Assembly (NCBI GenBank): GCA_002269645.1 | Contig: NIVC01002387.1 | Location: 1 to 64,000, forward strand | Length of the DNA: 64,000 nt | Source of the DNA: Macrostomum lignano | Lineage: Eukaryota | Direction of reading: 5' to 3' | Part shown: in pieces, positions 31,311 to 44,840 of the stretch | How positions within the stretch are numbered: position 1 is the first letter of the stretch | Layout of the letters: each line of letters opens with the position of its first letter | The notes under the pieces: model-generated | Told to the model about the DNA's origin: nothing | Databases searched by the model: none | Seen by the model: only the letters and a program-made list of their open reading frames with translations | Position numbers and translations under genes: made by a program

Positions 31311-31504
31311 GATTTTAAACTTTCTTCAACGTTGAAATGCAGCGAGCATTATAGAATGAAAATTTTGATTTAACATTTAATCCATGAATTTTAGCACTTT
31401 ACGAGTACATTAAAGTGGTCATTCACAAGACCATTGGGATTAACGTAATGTACAGTGACATTGTGGCTGTGCGGGACCTGGTGGACTCAGATCTATGATC
31501 CATG

Positions 31505-31564
31505 CACGAAAATCTTGGCCTTCGCAAGGTCACTACCCTCTGGGTGCCTCACGCACTCCTACGA
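31505..31564 (+). pseudogene. Tiny mariner transposase relic
   Basis: It translates to HENLGLRKVTTLWVPHALLR, matching the mariner LG.RK...WVPH.L motif. Confidence 0.6.
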
Positions 31565-32394
31565 CTGGCTAATATCGTAGATCCAAATCTGATATATTCT
31601 GCGGGAATAAAATCAAGTTCACAATGTCATTAGAACTGTCATCCATTCGCGTGTCAAACAGAGATTGCGTACCACTAGACTGTCACACAATGTCACACAC
31701 GCCAGTGCCTGCCAACTTTCTTCACTGCCAACAAGCCAGCTAGAATCCGAGCTGAACTCTATGCACATTTTTGAGTCCAGACTCATGCAGCTCCCACTGC
31801 GCCCCAGCAACCATTTCTCATCAGCCTCCTTCATCCTTCAGTTTGCACTCATTCCACCCAATCTTCCCAAATCAGCTGCATCTCATTGGGAGGCCCGCGA
31901 GGACCGAGAAAGAAAGAGGAGATTCGATTTGGTGTTTCTGTTCTCTTCCGCCCCCGCCTCTGAGCTCTCTGCCTCTGAGCTCCCTGCCTCTGAGCTCTAC
32001 CGGTTGCCACGGGCAACTTGGCTACGTTTGATTACTAAGCCTTTCTCCCAGCAGCTTCCCTGTTCCCTGAATTTCACTCCCCATCTTTCGCAATGCCCTT
32101 TAGTTGACCGCGGGGATCCACAGCCCTCTCCCGCTGCCCCCCTTCACCGCAGTGCCCTGAAGTTGGGCCCGCACTCCAGCCCATGGAGTGCTAGACAGAG
32201 CTATCTGGAGTGGAGACTGACTGGTCAAGCCTATTCCCCAACACAGAGTGATGCTTGGGCGATTCTAAATTGAATCTAATATACTAAATAGGCTTTCCAA
32301 TGTGCGCTTCTGACTGGTTTGTGGGATGGGGCGGCTGCAGCCTAGCGGTAAACGCGTTGACGTGACCATTATGACAGAGATTCATCCTAAAACA

Positions 32395-33885
32395 ATGGTA
32401 GATTCATCCATCAACCATGGTAGATTCATCCTTCAACAATGGTAGATTCATCCTTCAACCATGGTAGATTCATCCATCAACAATGGTAGATTCATCCTTC
32501 AACAATGGTAGATTCATCCATCAACAATGGTAGATTCATCCATCAACAATGGTAGATTCATCCATCAACAATGGTAGATTCATCCATCAACAATGGTAGA
32601 TTCATCCATCAACAATGGTAGATTCATCCATCAACAATGGTAGATTCATCCTTCAACAATGGTAGATTCATCCTTCAACCATGGTAGATTCATCCTTCAA
32701 CAATGGTAGATTCATCCTTCAACAATGGTAGATTCATTCTTCAACCATGGTAGATTCATTCTTCAACCATGGTAGATTCATCCTTCAACAATGGTAGATT
32801 CATCCTTCAACAATGGTAGATTCATCCATCAACAATGGTAGATTCATCCATCAACAATGGTAGATTCATCCATCAACAATGGTAGATTCATCCATCAACA
32901 ATGGTAGATTCGTCCTTCAACAATGGTAGATTCATCCTTCAACAATGGTAGATTCATCCATCAACAATGGTAGATTCATTCTTCAACCATGGTAGATTCA
33001 TCCATCAACAATGGTAGATTCATCCATCAACAATGGTAGATTCATTCTTCAACAATGGTAGATTCATCCTTCAACAATGGTAGATTGATCCTTCAACAAT
33101 GGTAGATTCATCCTTCAACAATGGTAGATTCATTCTTCAACCATGGTAGATTCATCCTTTAACAATGGTAGATTCATCCTTCAACAATGGTAGATTCATT
33201 CTTCAACCATGGTAGATTCATCCTTCAACAATGGTAGATTGATCCTTCAACCATGGTAGATTCATCCTTCAACCATGGTAGATTCATCCTTCAACCATGG
33301 TAGATTCATCCTTCAACAATGGTAGATTCATCCTTCAACAATGGTAGATTCATCCTTTAACAATGGTAGATTCATCCTTCAACCATGGTAGATTGATCCT
33401 TCAACCATGGTAGATTCATCCTTCAACAATGGTAGATTCATCCTTCAACAATGGTAGATTCATCCTTCAACAATGGTAGATTCATCCTTCAACAATGGTA
33501 GATTCATCCTTCAACAGTGGTAGATTCATCCTTCAACAGTGGTAGATTCATCCTTCAACAATGGTAGATTCATCCTTCAACAATGGTAGATTCATCCTTC
33601 AACAATGGTAGATTCATCCTTTAACAATGGTAGATTCATCCTTCAACAGTGGTAGATTCATCCTTCAACAGTGGTAGATTCATCCTTCAACAGTGGTAGA
33701 TTCATCCTTCAACAATGGTAGATTCATCCTTCAACAATGGTAGATTCATCCTTCAACAATGGTAGATTCATTCTTCAACCATGGTAGATTGATCCTTCAA
33801 CAATGGTAGATTCATTCTTCAACCATGGTAGATTCATCCTTCAACAATGGTAGATTCATTCTTCAACAATGGTAGATTCATCCTT
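32395..33885. repeat. Minisatellite, 22-bp unit, about 68 copies
   Basis: The unit is caac(a/c)atggtagattcatcc(t/a)t, period 22. Confidence 0.98.
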
Positions 33886-34496
33886 GCAGTTCAAAATCAA
33901 TATTTCATGATTTGAAATCGGAACCTCTCTAGATGTGATTTTCTAGTACTCCGTGGCCCTGTCCCTGCTCATGCGCAGACAGACAGACACTGCCTATCCC
34001 CATTCAAAGCACTAATCGGGACTCTCAAAGGACGAAGCGATGCACTAAGGCTGGGCAACCTGCAGTTGGAATTCTTCGGGGGGGGGGGGTGGATGAGAAT
34101 TGCAGAGCTTGTGGAGGGAAGGAGTGAAGGCTGGGAGGGAGGGTTACTGTGGGAAGAGTGCGGCTGCGTTGGGGTGTACTCTGTGCGCACAGCGGCTCTC
34201 CTCTCTCCCCCCTCTCCCCCTCGCTCTATTTTATTCCAACACTTCCTGAACTGCAGTTTGGCAAAGCCGTTTGTCAACCAAATAAGGCTTCCACTGCCAA
34301 GCCGATCTTCCTTTTGGGATTAGTACTATATCGCCACGTAGAAATTTATACAGTTCAACTGACACTGTTTATACCGGTGCTTATTGACTAATTTGGCGTA
34401 AGTTTTGATTTATTGAAAAATTTCAGTAACGCGTGAGAAAGTTACCAAAACCAAGTTGTTCCTGTGTGTGTGTTGCACCGTTTTGCTGCACTATAT

Positions 34497-36450
34497 TTCT
34501 CATGGCGTCCTTGATATCTCATGGCGTCCTTGATATCTCATGGCGTCCTTGATTTCTCATGGCGTCCTTGATATCTCATGGCGTCCTTGATATCTCATGG
34601 TGTCCTTGGCTTGATTTCTCATTGGCACGCTTGATTTTTCATGGGAATGCTTGATTTCTTATGGTGTCCTTGATATCTCATGGCGTCCTTGATTTCTCAT
34701 GGCGTCCTTGATATTTCATGGCGTCCTTGATTTCTCATGGCGTCCTTGATATTTCATGGCATCCTTGATTTCTCATGGCGTCCTTGATATTTCATGGCGT
34801 CCTTGATTTCTCATGGCGTCCTTGATATCTCATGGTGTCCTTGGCTTGATTTCTCATTGGCACGCTTGATTTTTCATGGGAATGCTTGATTTCTTATGGT
34901 GTCCTTGATATCTCATGGCGTCCTTGATTTCTCATGGCGTCCTTGATATTTCATGGCATCCTTGATTTCTCATGGCGTCCTTGATATTTCATGGCATCCT
35001 TGATTTCTCATGGCGTCCTTGATATTTCATGGCATCCTTGATTTCTTATGGTGTCCTTGATATCTCATGGCGTCCTTGATTTCTCATGGCGTCCTTGATA
35101 TTTCATGGCATCCTTGATTTCTCATGGCGTCCTTGATATTTCATGGCGTCCTTGATTTCTCATGGCGTCCTTGATATCTCATGGTGTCCTTGGCTTGATT
35201 TCTCATTGGCACGCTTGATTTTTCATGGGAATGCTTGATTTCTTATGGTGTCCTTGATATCTCATGGCGTCCTTGATTTCTCATGGCGTCCTTGATATTT
35301 CATGGCGTCCTTGATTTCTCATGGCGTCCTTGATATTTCATGGCATCCTTGATTTCTCATGGCGTCCTTGATATTTCATGGCGTCCTTGATTTCTCATGG
35401 CGTCCTTGATATCTCATGGTGTCCTTGGCTTGATTTCTCATTGGCACGCTTGATTTTTCATGGAATGCTTGATTTCTTATGGTGTCCTTGATATCTCATG
35501 GCGTCCTTGATTTCTCATGGCGTCCTTGATATTTCATGGCGTCCTTGATTTCTCATGGCGTCCTTGATATTTCATGGCATCCTTGATTTCTCATGGCGTC
35601 CTTGATATTTCATAGCGTCCTTGATTTCTCATGGCGTCCTTGATATCTCATGGTGTCCTTGGCTTGATTTCTCATTGGCACGCTTGATTTTTCATGGGAA
35701 TTCTTGATTTCTTATGGTGTCCTTGATATCTCATGGCGTCCTTGATTTCTCATGGCGTCCTTGATATTTCATGGCGTCCTTGATTTCTCATGGCGTCCTT
35801 GATATTTCATGGCGTCCTTGATTTCTCATGGCGTCCTTGATATTTCATGGCGTCCTTGATATTTCATGGCGTCCTTGATATCTCATGGCGTCCTTGATTT
35901 CTCATGGCGTCCTTGATATCTCATGGCGTCCTTGATATCTCATGGCGTCCTTGATATCTCATGGCGTCCTTGATATCTCATGGCGTCCTTGATTTCTCAT
36001 GGCGTCCTTGATTTCTCATGGCGTCCTTGATATCTCATGGTGTCCTTGGCTTGATTTCTCATTGGCACGCTTGATTTTTCATGGGAATGCTTGATTTCTT
36101 ATGGTGTCCTTGATATCTCATGGCGTCCTTGATTTCTCATGGCGTCCTTGATATTTCATGGCGTCCTTGATTTCTCATGGCGTCCTTGATATTTCATGGC
36201 ATCCTTGATTTCTCATGGCGTCCTTGATTTCTCATGGCGTCCTTGATATCTCATGGTGTCCTTGGCTTGATTTCTCATTGGCACGCTTGATTTTTCATGG
36301 GAATGCTTGATTTCTTATGGTGTCCTTGATTTCTCATGGTGTCCTTGATTTCTCATGGTGTCCTTGATTTCCCATGGTGTCCTTGGCTTGATTTCTCATG
36401 GGCATGCTTGATTTCTCATGGGCATGCTTGATTTCTCTTGGGCATGCTTG
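34497..36450. repeat. Minisatellite, 19-bp unit with higher-order structure
   Basis: The unit is catggcgtccttgat(a/t)t(c/t)t. A variant block (tgtccttggcttgatttctcattggcacgc...) recurs about seven times. Confidence 0.97.
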
Positions 36451-36808
36451 ATTTCTCATTTCAGATTACCCACAAACCTTGTCTATATATGAAAATTTGT
36501 CTATTTGCATTGCGTACGGCTGTATACATTTTTAATCATAAATGCAGGATTTCGTTGGCGACTTCAATGACTCAACCAAAAATATGTTTCTTCTCTCATT
36601 TCACTCTAAAGTTCAAAAGAGTTGAAAATGATCGGACCCAGAAAATGTGCACTTTTGCCTCGAACTTAATGCGAGTTACCTTGGTTTGACCCACTCGCAG
36701 CTGTTTACATTGCGTTAGCTAGGTTATACTTTGTTTTACGGTCACGAGAATTGGTTGGCGAAGACAGACCGACAGTGACGGTGGCTGCACTGCGCACAGT
36801 GAGCCTTC

Positions 36809-36816
36809 TATAAATA
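36809..36816 (+). promoter_or_regulatory. Candidate TATA box for the GRDP-like gene
   Basis: TATAAATA lies about 200 bp upstream of ATG 37010 and is followed about 25-30 nt later by an Inr-like tcagac. Confidence 0.4.
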
Positions 36817-37009
36817 GAAAGCCAAATGACGCACTGAGCTCAGACTAAACACACGCAGGCTGTATGCCTTACCCCTCTGACCCGCTGCATTCTACGAGTA
36901 TATAGAGTTCCACACCCCACCAGTCCGCAGCAACTGCCAGTTTCTCTGTGAGATCGCAGCTCCCAGGGCGAGTAACAACAACAGCAGCAATTGACAATAG
37001 AAGAAAATA

Positions 37010-40000
37010 ATGGCTCAGGCAGGCAGCAGCCAGCAGAGGCCGCCGCAGCAGCCGCCGCCGCAGTTCAAGGAGCGCAGCATCCAAATCAGCGTCAATCTGG
37101 TCGATGCGGCCATCCGACAGCTGGACTTCCTGGAGACGGTGAACGCCAGGCCGCTGCTATTCGATCCGACTGTGGCCGACCACGCCGTGTGCCGATACGA
37201 AAAATACTGGCTGCCGTTGGTGCAGAAGGAGGGCCAGGGCAAGGATCTGATGCCGCCGCTGGACGTCAGGTGGGCCATGCACTGCCACATGCTGTCCCCG
37301 CTGGCCTACAAGGAGGACGTCGTCCGCCTGACTGGCCGGTTCATCGACAACACTCTGCACCCGGACAAGGTGACGGCCCGGCTGCTGGCTCAGACTCGGG
37401 AGCTGTGGGAGCGCACCTATCCGGGAGTGAGTTTCGAGCTCGATCTGGAATGGGCCAGCCGGCAGCCCATCGAATATCAATCGGTGAGCCGTTTCGACAT
37501 ACGCGGTTCGATTAGCCGACAGAAGGCGTTCTACTATCAGGTGTCGCTGCCGCACTACCGCGACGGCGATTTTCTTAAATCCGCTCTGCTTCGGTACAAG
37601 AAGTATCTGTTTCTGAAGAAGAACAATCCGGGCGAGTTTCTGGTGCCGTGCTACGACATGGACCTGGTGTGGCACTCGCACATGCTGCACCCGGTGCTGT
37701 ACGAGAAGGACACAACCGCCGTACTGGGTCGCGCGCTCAATCACGATGACAGCGTCAATGACCGAGGCGAAGGCTCCAAGCTGTTTAAATCCGATCTGCG
37801 TACGCGAGAGCTCTGGCGCCTGTTCTATAAGGAGGACTTCGCTAGGCAGGGGTGAGCGAAGAGGGGGCCTATTTGACGATAAATACATTGGGGCTGTTAA
37901 TACGCTCGTATTGTACTTAGAATTGGTCTGTAGGGACTGTTGGAAGAGAGAGCGATCGATAAATGAAGTGGGGTGGTGTTTAGTGCTAGTTGAGGGTAGC
38001 AGTGGACTGGGGTGCACAGAGAGCGATCGATATATAGAGCGGAGTGGGTGGTCCAGTTCTAGGTGAGGGTAGCAGTGGACTGGGGTGCACAGAGAGCGAT
38101 CGATAAATAGAGCGGAGTGGGTGGTCCAGTGCTAGGTGAGGGTAGCAGTGGACTGGGGTGCGCAGAGAGCGATCGATAAATGGAGTGTAGAGGGTGTCCA
38201 GTGCTAGATTTACAGTTGCAAGCTGCAAATATCGATGGCACAGCAAAGGAACTCTTAATATCGTGCTCGTATTTTGTCTCAACCGGTTGCACTTGAATGA
38301 AAAGGAGATATACACGATAGTTCATTATGATCAGGCACTATTCTTCCATAAATTTAAGCACATTTTAGAGAGAGTTAGAGATTTTCTGAACCGGATGTAG
38401 AGAGCTAGACAGCGAGTGTACGCATTGCTGTAAGTCTGCTGCACGCACTGGATCGCCATAAATTAATGGCGATCGTCCGGTCCCACGAGATTCCCATGAA
38501 CTGCAATCGGTTGTCCGGGGAAAATTTGGAAGGGAAAGAAAACTGAAAAAGGGAGATTTCAGCTGCAAGTGTCCAACAGGGCGGCGGGGAGTAACTGAGA
38601 GGGGTAGGAGGGAGCAACGAACGCCCTGAGGCCTCTGTCGGCCATATGCCGTCCGTATATACCTTCTCTCCCGTTTCCCTCTGGCGGCCTTTTTTACGTC
38701 GTCCTCGGCATGCTAATGGGAAACCAAGCGCGTCGCAACTACAGACGCTTTATCGGTGCCTGCCTGCACTGCTGCAGGCCTGAACTAGACAGATCCGATG
38801 CGTGCTGACAGAGGCGCGGGGGGGGGGCGACCTAGAAATGAACCGTGCCTTAGCGGATAAGAGTGCAATCTCGTGTCCCGCTCTCTTTCTCTCTCTCTCT
38901 CTCGTTCTTTTCTATTTCATTCTCTCCCCAAGCCCCAGCAGCAAGCAGCCTTCTCTGGTTGCTCTCGCCTAAGGGAAGTAAAATGAGTAGAAAAAAATGA
39001 AGGCAGCGTTGAGAGAGAAAGCATTTAGATGAGGTAGAAGAAAGAGTCGAGCCTGCTTTAGATGGGGCAGAGAAGCTGGAATCCGGGGCGAGTGAGGGGG
39101 GAAGAGGGAACGGGGAGTCGGACGGGAGGGAAGCGGGATTTATCGATCCTCTGTCTCTCGCTTTCTCTCTCTCTCTCTTCCCTTCTCTAAGCTGAGTTGC
39201 TCGCGCCAATTCTTCGCAAAGCAGTTCTCAAGAAACGCCCACAGGATCCGGGTGGGGGGGGGGGGGTGGATCGAGAGCCATAGGAGAGACAGAGAGAGTG
39301 AGGAGGCTGCAGAAAATTGGAGCCGTGGCGACTGCGGATAATGATAATCAGAAGCACTCTCTCTCTCTCTCTCTCGGGCTGCTGGAGAATATGATGCCGC
39401 ATAAATTTCGTAATCAGACAAGCAGCTTCATTCATTCAGTGTCCCTCAATCTCTCAGTCTCAGTCCATCTATCATCCCAGTCTAGTCAGTGTGCTTATCT
39501 CAGCCCTGCAATCTCCACTGTCTCCACAGCCTAGTTGTACTTGTGAAGCCGATCGCGTCTCCGTTTGTTTCTTTGCGATGAACTTTCAATTTTCTTCTTC
39601 TTGAAGCAGGTGGGAGGGGGAGAGAGCTGAGCCGGAAAAAGCAGAAGAACAGCGGGCAATGAGAGACAGTTTGTGTGCCAGCGGTTTGATTGAAATAGAT
39701 CGAAATTCGCAGCAAGTTCAGACTGCATACCTACGCTTAAGGTGGGATAAATATCCTCTCCTTCCCTGAGGGCAGGAATTTCCGCTATGGCACTAACCAC
39801 CCACCCTGACCCCTGCCGGGCGAGGTTCGGGTTCGGGAAGAAAAAAGAGGAAATTTGTGCTAAAAGTGCAACACAAAAATGGAAAAAGAGACCCCCCTTG
39901 GATCAGCCATGACGCTCCTAGAACTGTAGTAATCTAGAGAGGAAATTACTTTTTCATAGATTCGACGTCTGATTCCACTCCAGATTCTAGGTTTAAAACT

Positions 40001-43000
40001 TCATGGTTTCAATGGGAGCTTCCACTCCAGATTCTAGGTTTAAAACTTTACGCTAAATTTTAGATTTTCCCGTTTGCAGACTTCACAGGTTCGGCTAGCG
40101 AATCTTTTTCCATTTGCAGTAAAGAAAATAGTTTGCAAAAAACGCGCAAAAACTACTGATTAGTAGGTATACAAAATATCCCCCCACCAATTCAAACAGC
40201 TGCATGTTCCGAGGCGACCCGCCGCGCGGCAAACTGCAGCAGCTGCCGCAGGAGTCGCTGTACATGCTGTCATCCAAGCGGAGCCGGATCTCGCTGAACC
40301 TGGTCGAGCTGACGCTGCCACCGGAGCTCAACCGCTACAAGGTGGTCATCGAGAGCTACAACGTGTTCGGCGGCGCGGAGCGGCTGTTCAAGATGTCCAA
40401 CCCGAATACCGTGGCCGAGAGACGCGAACGCCCGCTGGCCGTGCAGGACTTCGTCACCGGGCACCATCGGTTTCTCAAAGTCGACCTTGTCGACAGGCGC
40501 GGCGTTTTCGGCTGCTGCAACAGCGACGTGATGTGCAGCGTCCAGCTGCCCATGCTGGAGCGCCTCGAGCAGCACTACTCGGTTGAGCCCATCGCCATCG
40601 AAGAGGAGCTCCGCCTGACCGACTATCGGCGACCAGCGGCCGCCGCGGGGCCCGAAGATCCAGTGTGGGCCAAGGTCCGGCTGTCGCTCACCTGCTCACC
40701 GCCGGAGCGGCACTCCTGCCTCCTCAAGCTGGAGCCGGGAAGCTATCTGGTCGCCGTCATTCCCGAGTACGTTGAGAGCCTCTGGGGCCCCGTGCCGCTG
40801 GGCCGCCTGCCGGCTGGCCAGGAGAACCAGTGTCTGGTGGCCACGCACCGCCTCATCAACCACATGAACCAGCTGGCCTTCACGGTGCGCATCATCCACT
40901 CCACCCGCCTGACCATGTCGGTGGTGCAGGTGTTCTACGCCGACCAGATGATCGCTGTTGGACACCTGGTTGGCACTGATCAGCTGCCTCTGGTTAGCCA
41001 GGTGCGACAACTTCAACAGTACATGTGCTACTTTCACTGCAAGGCTTTTTGCACCCTAAACAATGCCAAGCTTCACAAACCACTGATTTCACCCAGCTTT
41101 CACAATGCTAAGCCTCACAAACCCCAGCTTTCACAATGCCAAGCCTCACAAACCCTAGCTTTCACAATGCCAGGCCTCACAAACCCCATATTTCACAATA
41201 CCAAGCCTCACAAACCACAGATTTCACAATGTCAAGCCTCACAAAACCCATATTTCACAATGCCAAGCCTCACAAACCCCATATATCACAATGTCAAGCC
41301 TCACAAAACCCATATTTCACAATGCCAAGCCTCATAAACCATAGATTTCACAATGCCAAGCCTCACAAACCACAGGTTTCACAATGACAAGCCTCACAAA
41401 CCCCATATATCACAATTTCAAGCCTCACAAACCCCATATTTCACAATGCCAAGCCTCACAAGCCACAGATTTCACAATGACAAGCCTCACAAACCCCATA
41501 TATCACAATTTCAAGCCTCACAAACCCCATATTTCACAATGCCAAGCCTCACAAACCCCATATATCACAATTTCAAGCCTCACAAACCCCATATTTCACA
41601 ATGCCAAGCCTCACAAACCACAGATTTCACAATGATAAGCCTCACAAACCACAGATTTCACAATGCCAAGCCTCACAAACCACAGATTTCACAATGCCAA
41701 GCCTCACAAACCACAGATTTCACAATGCCAAGCCTCACAAACCCGAGATTTCACAATGCCAAGCCTCACAAACCACAGATTTCACAATGCCAAGCCTCAC
41801 AAACCATAGATTTCACAATGCCAAGCCTCACAAACCACAGATTTCACAATGCCAAGCCTCACAAACCACAGATTTCACAATGCCAAGCCTCACAAAAAAG
41901 ACTTTTTCTTCTTGACACAAAGCACATCAGCATGCGTTTAAAAGCTAAAGTTGCACTTGAATCAGCACAACTGACCCCCGCCTGCTGCAGGTGTCTAAAC
42001 AGTGCATCGCGCTCGACGTTGCCCGCATGCAGCGTGCCTTCCTGGTCAAGGACCACCTGGGAGACTGGGGCGTAGTGCAGGGCACCTGGATCGGCTTCCG
42101 CAAAGGCGTCCCGGGCAAGCCAGGCGTCAAGGGCGTCTCGCGCGGCGTCCCCGGCCAGCCGGGCAGTCCGGGCTGCCTGCAGCTGCGCTTCAACGGCCTG
42201 CGCGCCCGCGGAAAATCCGGGGCTCTGCCGGCCATGGAGCAGCGCAACCTGCCGGACGACCTCGGCCACATGAAGATCACCGTGCGCGACATGTCGGTGG
42301 ACTTGAAGTCCGGCGTCGTGTCCGTATCGGCCAGCTGCAAGGACGTCGGCCAGCTGGTCTGTGCCGCCTTCTGCGCGGCCACGCTGGAGGTTCTGTGCCA
42401 GCCGAGAACGGTGAGCCGCAGGCTGCGGTGTTGAACCAAACCGGGACCACCCCAAGGCGCTCTGGTGTGCCAGCGGCCCAGGCTCGATTCCAAGTGCAGT
42501 CCACATTAATTTGGGGCTAAATTGGAATCTCGGCTTGGCTCTGCTCGTGCGATTAACGACTTTGAGGGCCAACCCCAAGGCTCAGTGACATGTACATGCC
42601 CAACGATAAATAAAGTTAGGGCCGCTGTACACTCCTGTGTGTGTGCCTGCTCAGGGGAGTCGGCGGAATGGGCAGTAATGCCTCTCTCCGGTTGTGTGAC
42701 AATGTCTCTTAAAGTGCGCCAGGGTGCACACAGACCTGCCTCTGGTACTCGTAAAAAAGCTGGAACACCAAAATGATGAATCTCATCAAGACTGAGCGGC
42801 TACCCAAATATGAAAAGTTTCTATGAAATCGAAAAATGTTCCTGCGGTGTAGGAATTCTAGTGGCTTCTGACTACTGACCAGTAGTAAGATTAGCATGAA
42901 CAGCAGTTTGAATTCACAATTCAATGGAACTCACATCAGGTGCGCGAGCGCCAGAACCCGGTGGACAGCAACGCCCCGGTGCCGGCGGAGGCGCCGCCAC

Positions 43001-43383
43001 CATTCGGCGCGACGGACCAGGCCCGTGTAGTCGGGGTGCCGAAGCCGAGCGCCAGATCGCTGCAGAATCGCGGGGACAAGCGCGTCAAGAGGGTGGAATC
43101 CGACAGCTTCGCGATGTGCCTGGCGGCCGGGTTTCTCTACGACACCTGGGTGCCATCGAATGCTTATTACAAGTGCGTCATCAACAGCGGCTCCTGCGGC
43201 GGTTGCGTTGGCGGCGCTGTCGGCGACGGAGGCGACGCTGGCGGCGACGGGGGCGACGGAGGAGACGCTGGCGGTTGCGGCGGCTGCGGAGGCTGCGGTG
43301 GTTGTGGCGGCTGCGGCGGTTGTGGCGGCTGCGGCGGCGGCTGCGGCGGCGGTTGCGGCGGCTGCGGCGGCTGCGGCGGGTGA
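37010..43383 (+). CDS. Glycine-rich domain-containing protein-like (DUF1399/GRDP family), about 835 aa
   Basis: Exons 37010-37851, 40200-41001, 41991-42410 and 42940-43383 are GT-AG with phases 2, 0, 0 and total 2508 nt. DUF1399 motifs include RYEKYWLPL, PPLDVRWAMHCHMLSPLAY, RQKAFYYQV, RYKKYLFL, FLVPCYDMDLVWHSHMLHPVLY and GCMFRGDPP. The C-terminus is a (CGG)n tail. Confidence 0.9.
37960..38200. repeat. Tandem repeat, 73-bp unit, about 3 copies (intron 1 of the GRDP-like gene)
   Basis: gagggtagcagtggactggggtgc starts at 37992, 38065 and 38138. Confidence 0.9.
41050..41895. repeat. Minisatellite, 31-32 bp unit (intron 2 of the GRDP-like gene)
   Basis: The unit is tttcacaatgccaagcctcacaaacc(acaga/ccata). 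Confidence 0.95.
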
Positions 43384-44569
43384 GCTGAGCTGTCAATCAA
43401 AATTAAAAAAGAGCGCGGAACTTTGCGGAGAGTTATTTCGACAAAAAAACACTTTTTTAATCTTATTGTTCTTACTTCTTATATATGAGTCACTTTTGTG
43501 TCTCCGATATAAATACAGATACAAGTTAGAGTTTCTCTTCTGCTCTGTCTATCACTGTGTCCCGGAGATCTAGTATCCTAAATCATCGCAGCCATTAATT
43601 GAAGAAATCTGCTTTCGCGGCTTTGTTATAGTCCTCGTGTAATTATTCAATAAATTTCTGAATTGAAAAATAAGAAACATCACTTATTGTCTTATTGACA
43701 AAGCTTTGCTATCCTGCATATCAATACTGATATATAAATTGTTTTATTGCACGCATCTGAGAGTTGCACAAGCTGCTGTAGTGATATAGTTGAACTATTA
43801 ATTCATATTTATATACACTGTAGATGGTGTTGTTCACAGTTTAGACAATGCAGGGTCTTGATCGTCTGTTGTCTGTCCGTCTGTCGCTATTTAGTTTTTT
43901 CTGCTGATATAAAAAGATCAAGTTGTTTATTCTTTATCCGTTTGTGAATCTTAACTGCACAGGCCCCACCTGCACAGTTAACTCTCTATAAAAATTGGTC
44001 CATTTTGTCTATTAGCACCTGCTTACATGATGTCATACTCAGCTGTTATCTAGGCATTTTTGTATGTACTTGTAATTATGTTCATATTCTGCTATGAGCT
44101 CATCTCTGTGCTCATATATTTCTCCCCAATTATCCTGCAGCTCCGTGCTTAACTTGAATAATCACCAATATTTTAATATCAACAAATTTCAATGCAGATT
44201 TACAGAGAGGCGAAGCCTTGCGAGCAGTTCGAAGGAAGTTGATACCCAGCCAAGTACTACTCGATCAAAGAGCCTGACAGATCGAATGCAATAAAAACTT
44301 TCTCTCGGTACAAAATACTTTTTTTCGTAAGCCTGTCTAGATATGAATTTCTCAATCTGTGCTTCATTTATCGATTATTTCAATACTGTTTTTCCTAGGG
44401 ACAATGCCTGGCTGCCTGATTATTTATAGTCAGCAGAAATATTCAGTAGTATTCAGCGGGCCAGTATTATATCAAAGGATTATGAAACTGCGTACGGACC
44501 AGTCGGTAGGTAGGGACTGTGCAATCTGATTCCGCTAATTAGATTTCGTTATCTAATATATCTAACCTC

Positions 44570-44840
44570 AGATGTGCAACCGACAGCTCAGCCGCAGCTA
44601 TTGCGCGGCGCATCTGAAGGCTGCGTACGGCTGTTCAGTCCAAGGACTGGGGGGTCGTCACACACACCCTCAATTACCCCAGCTAATGCTGGCACCCATT
44701 TTACAGCTGGGTGAACTGAAGCAATGCAGAGTTACATGTAAGTGTCTTGCTCAAGGACATAAATGTTCCGAGTGGGATCGGATATCGAACCCCCGACCTT
44801 CCAGTCGTGAGTCTGACGCTCTGACCACTAGGATAAAACC
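44570..44840 (-). mobile_element. tRNA-derived SINE
   Basis: The minus strand begins with an A-box (tagtggtcagagcg) and a B-box (ggttcgatatcc). These are followed by gtccttgagcaagacactt and cagttcacccagctgtaaaatgggtgcc, which are typical of widespread invertebrate tRNA-SINE bodies. Confidence 0.75.

Noticed and set aside
31665-32273. 202-aa ORF
   Set aside because: Low-complexity Ser/Leu/Pro composition, no domain motif and no splice support.
32330-32375. tRNA-like or SINE 5' fragment before the 22-bp array
   Set aside because: Only an A-box-like segment is visible, with no B box or body.
41038-41900. Extension of the GRDP exon 2 ORF into HNAKPHKP repeats
   Set aside because: A donor at 41002 and an in-phase acceptor at 41990 remove it, and the sequence is a 31-bp minisatellite.
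42080-42180. Calling the GRDP-like gene a collagen
   Set aside because: Only a few interrupted Gly-X-Y triplets occur within a DUF1399 protein.
44765-44835. Possible tRNA gene on the minus strand
   Set aside because: A and B boxes are present, but the acceptor stem is not convincing and a SINE body follows directly.
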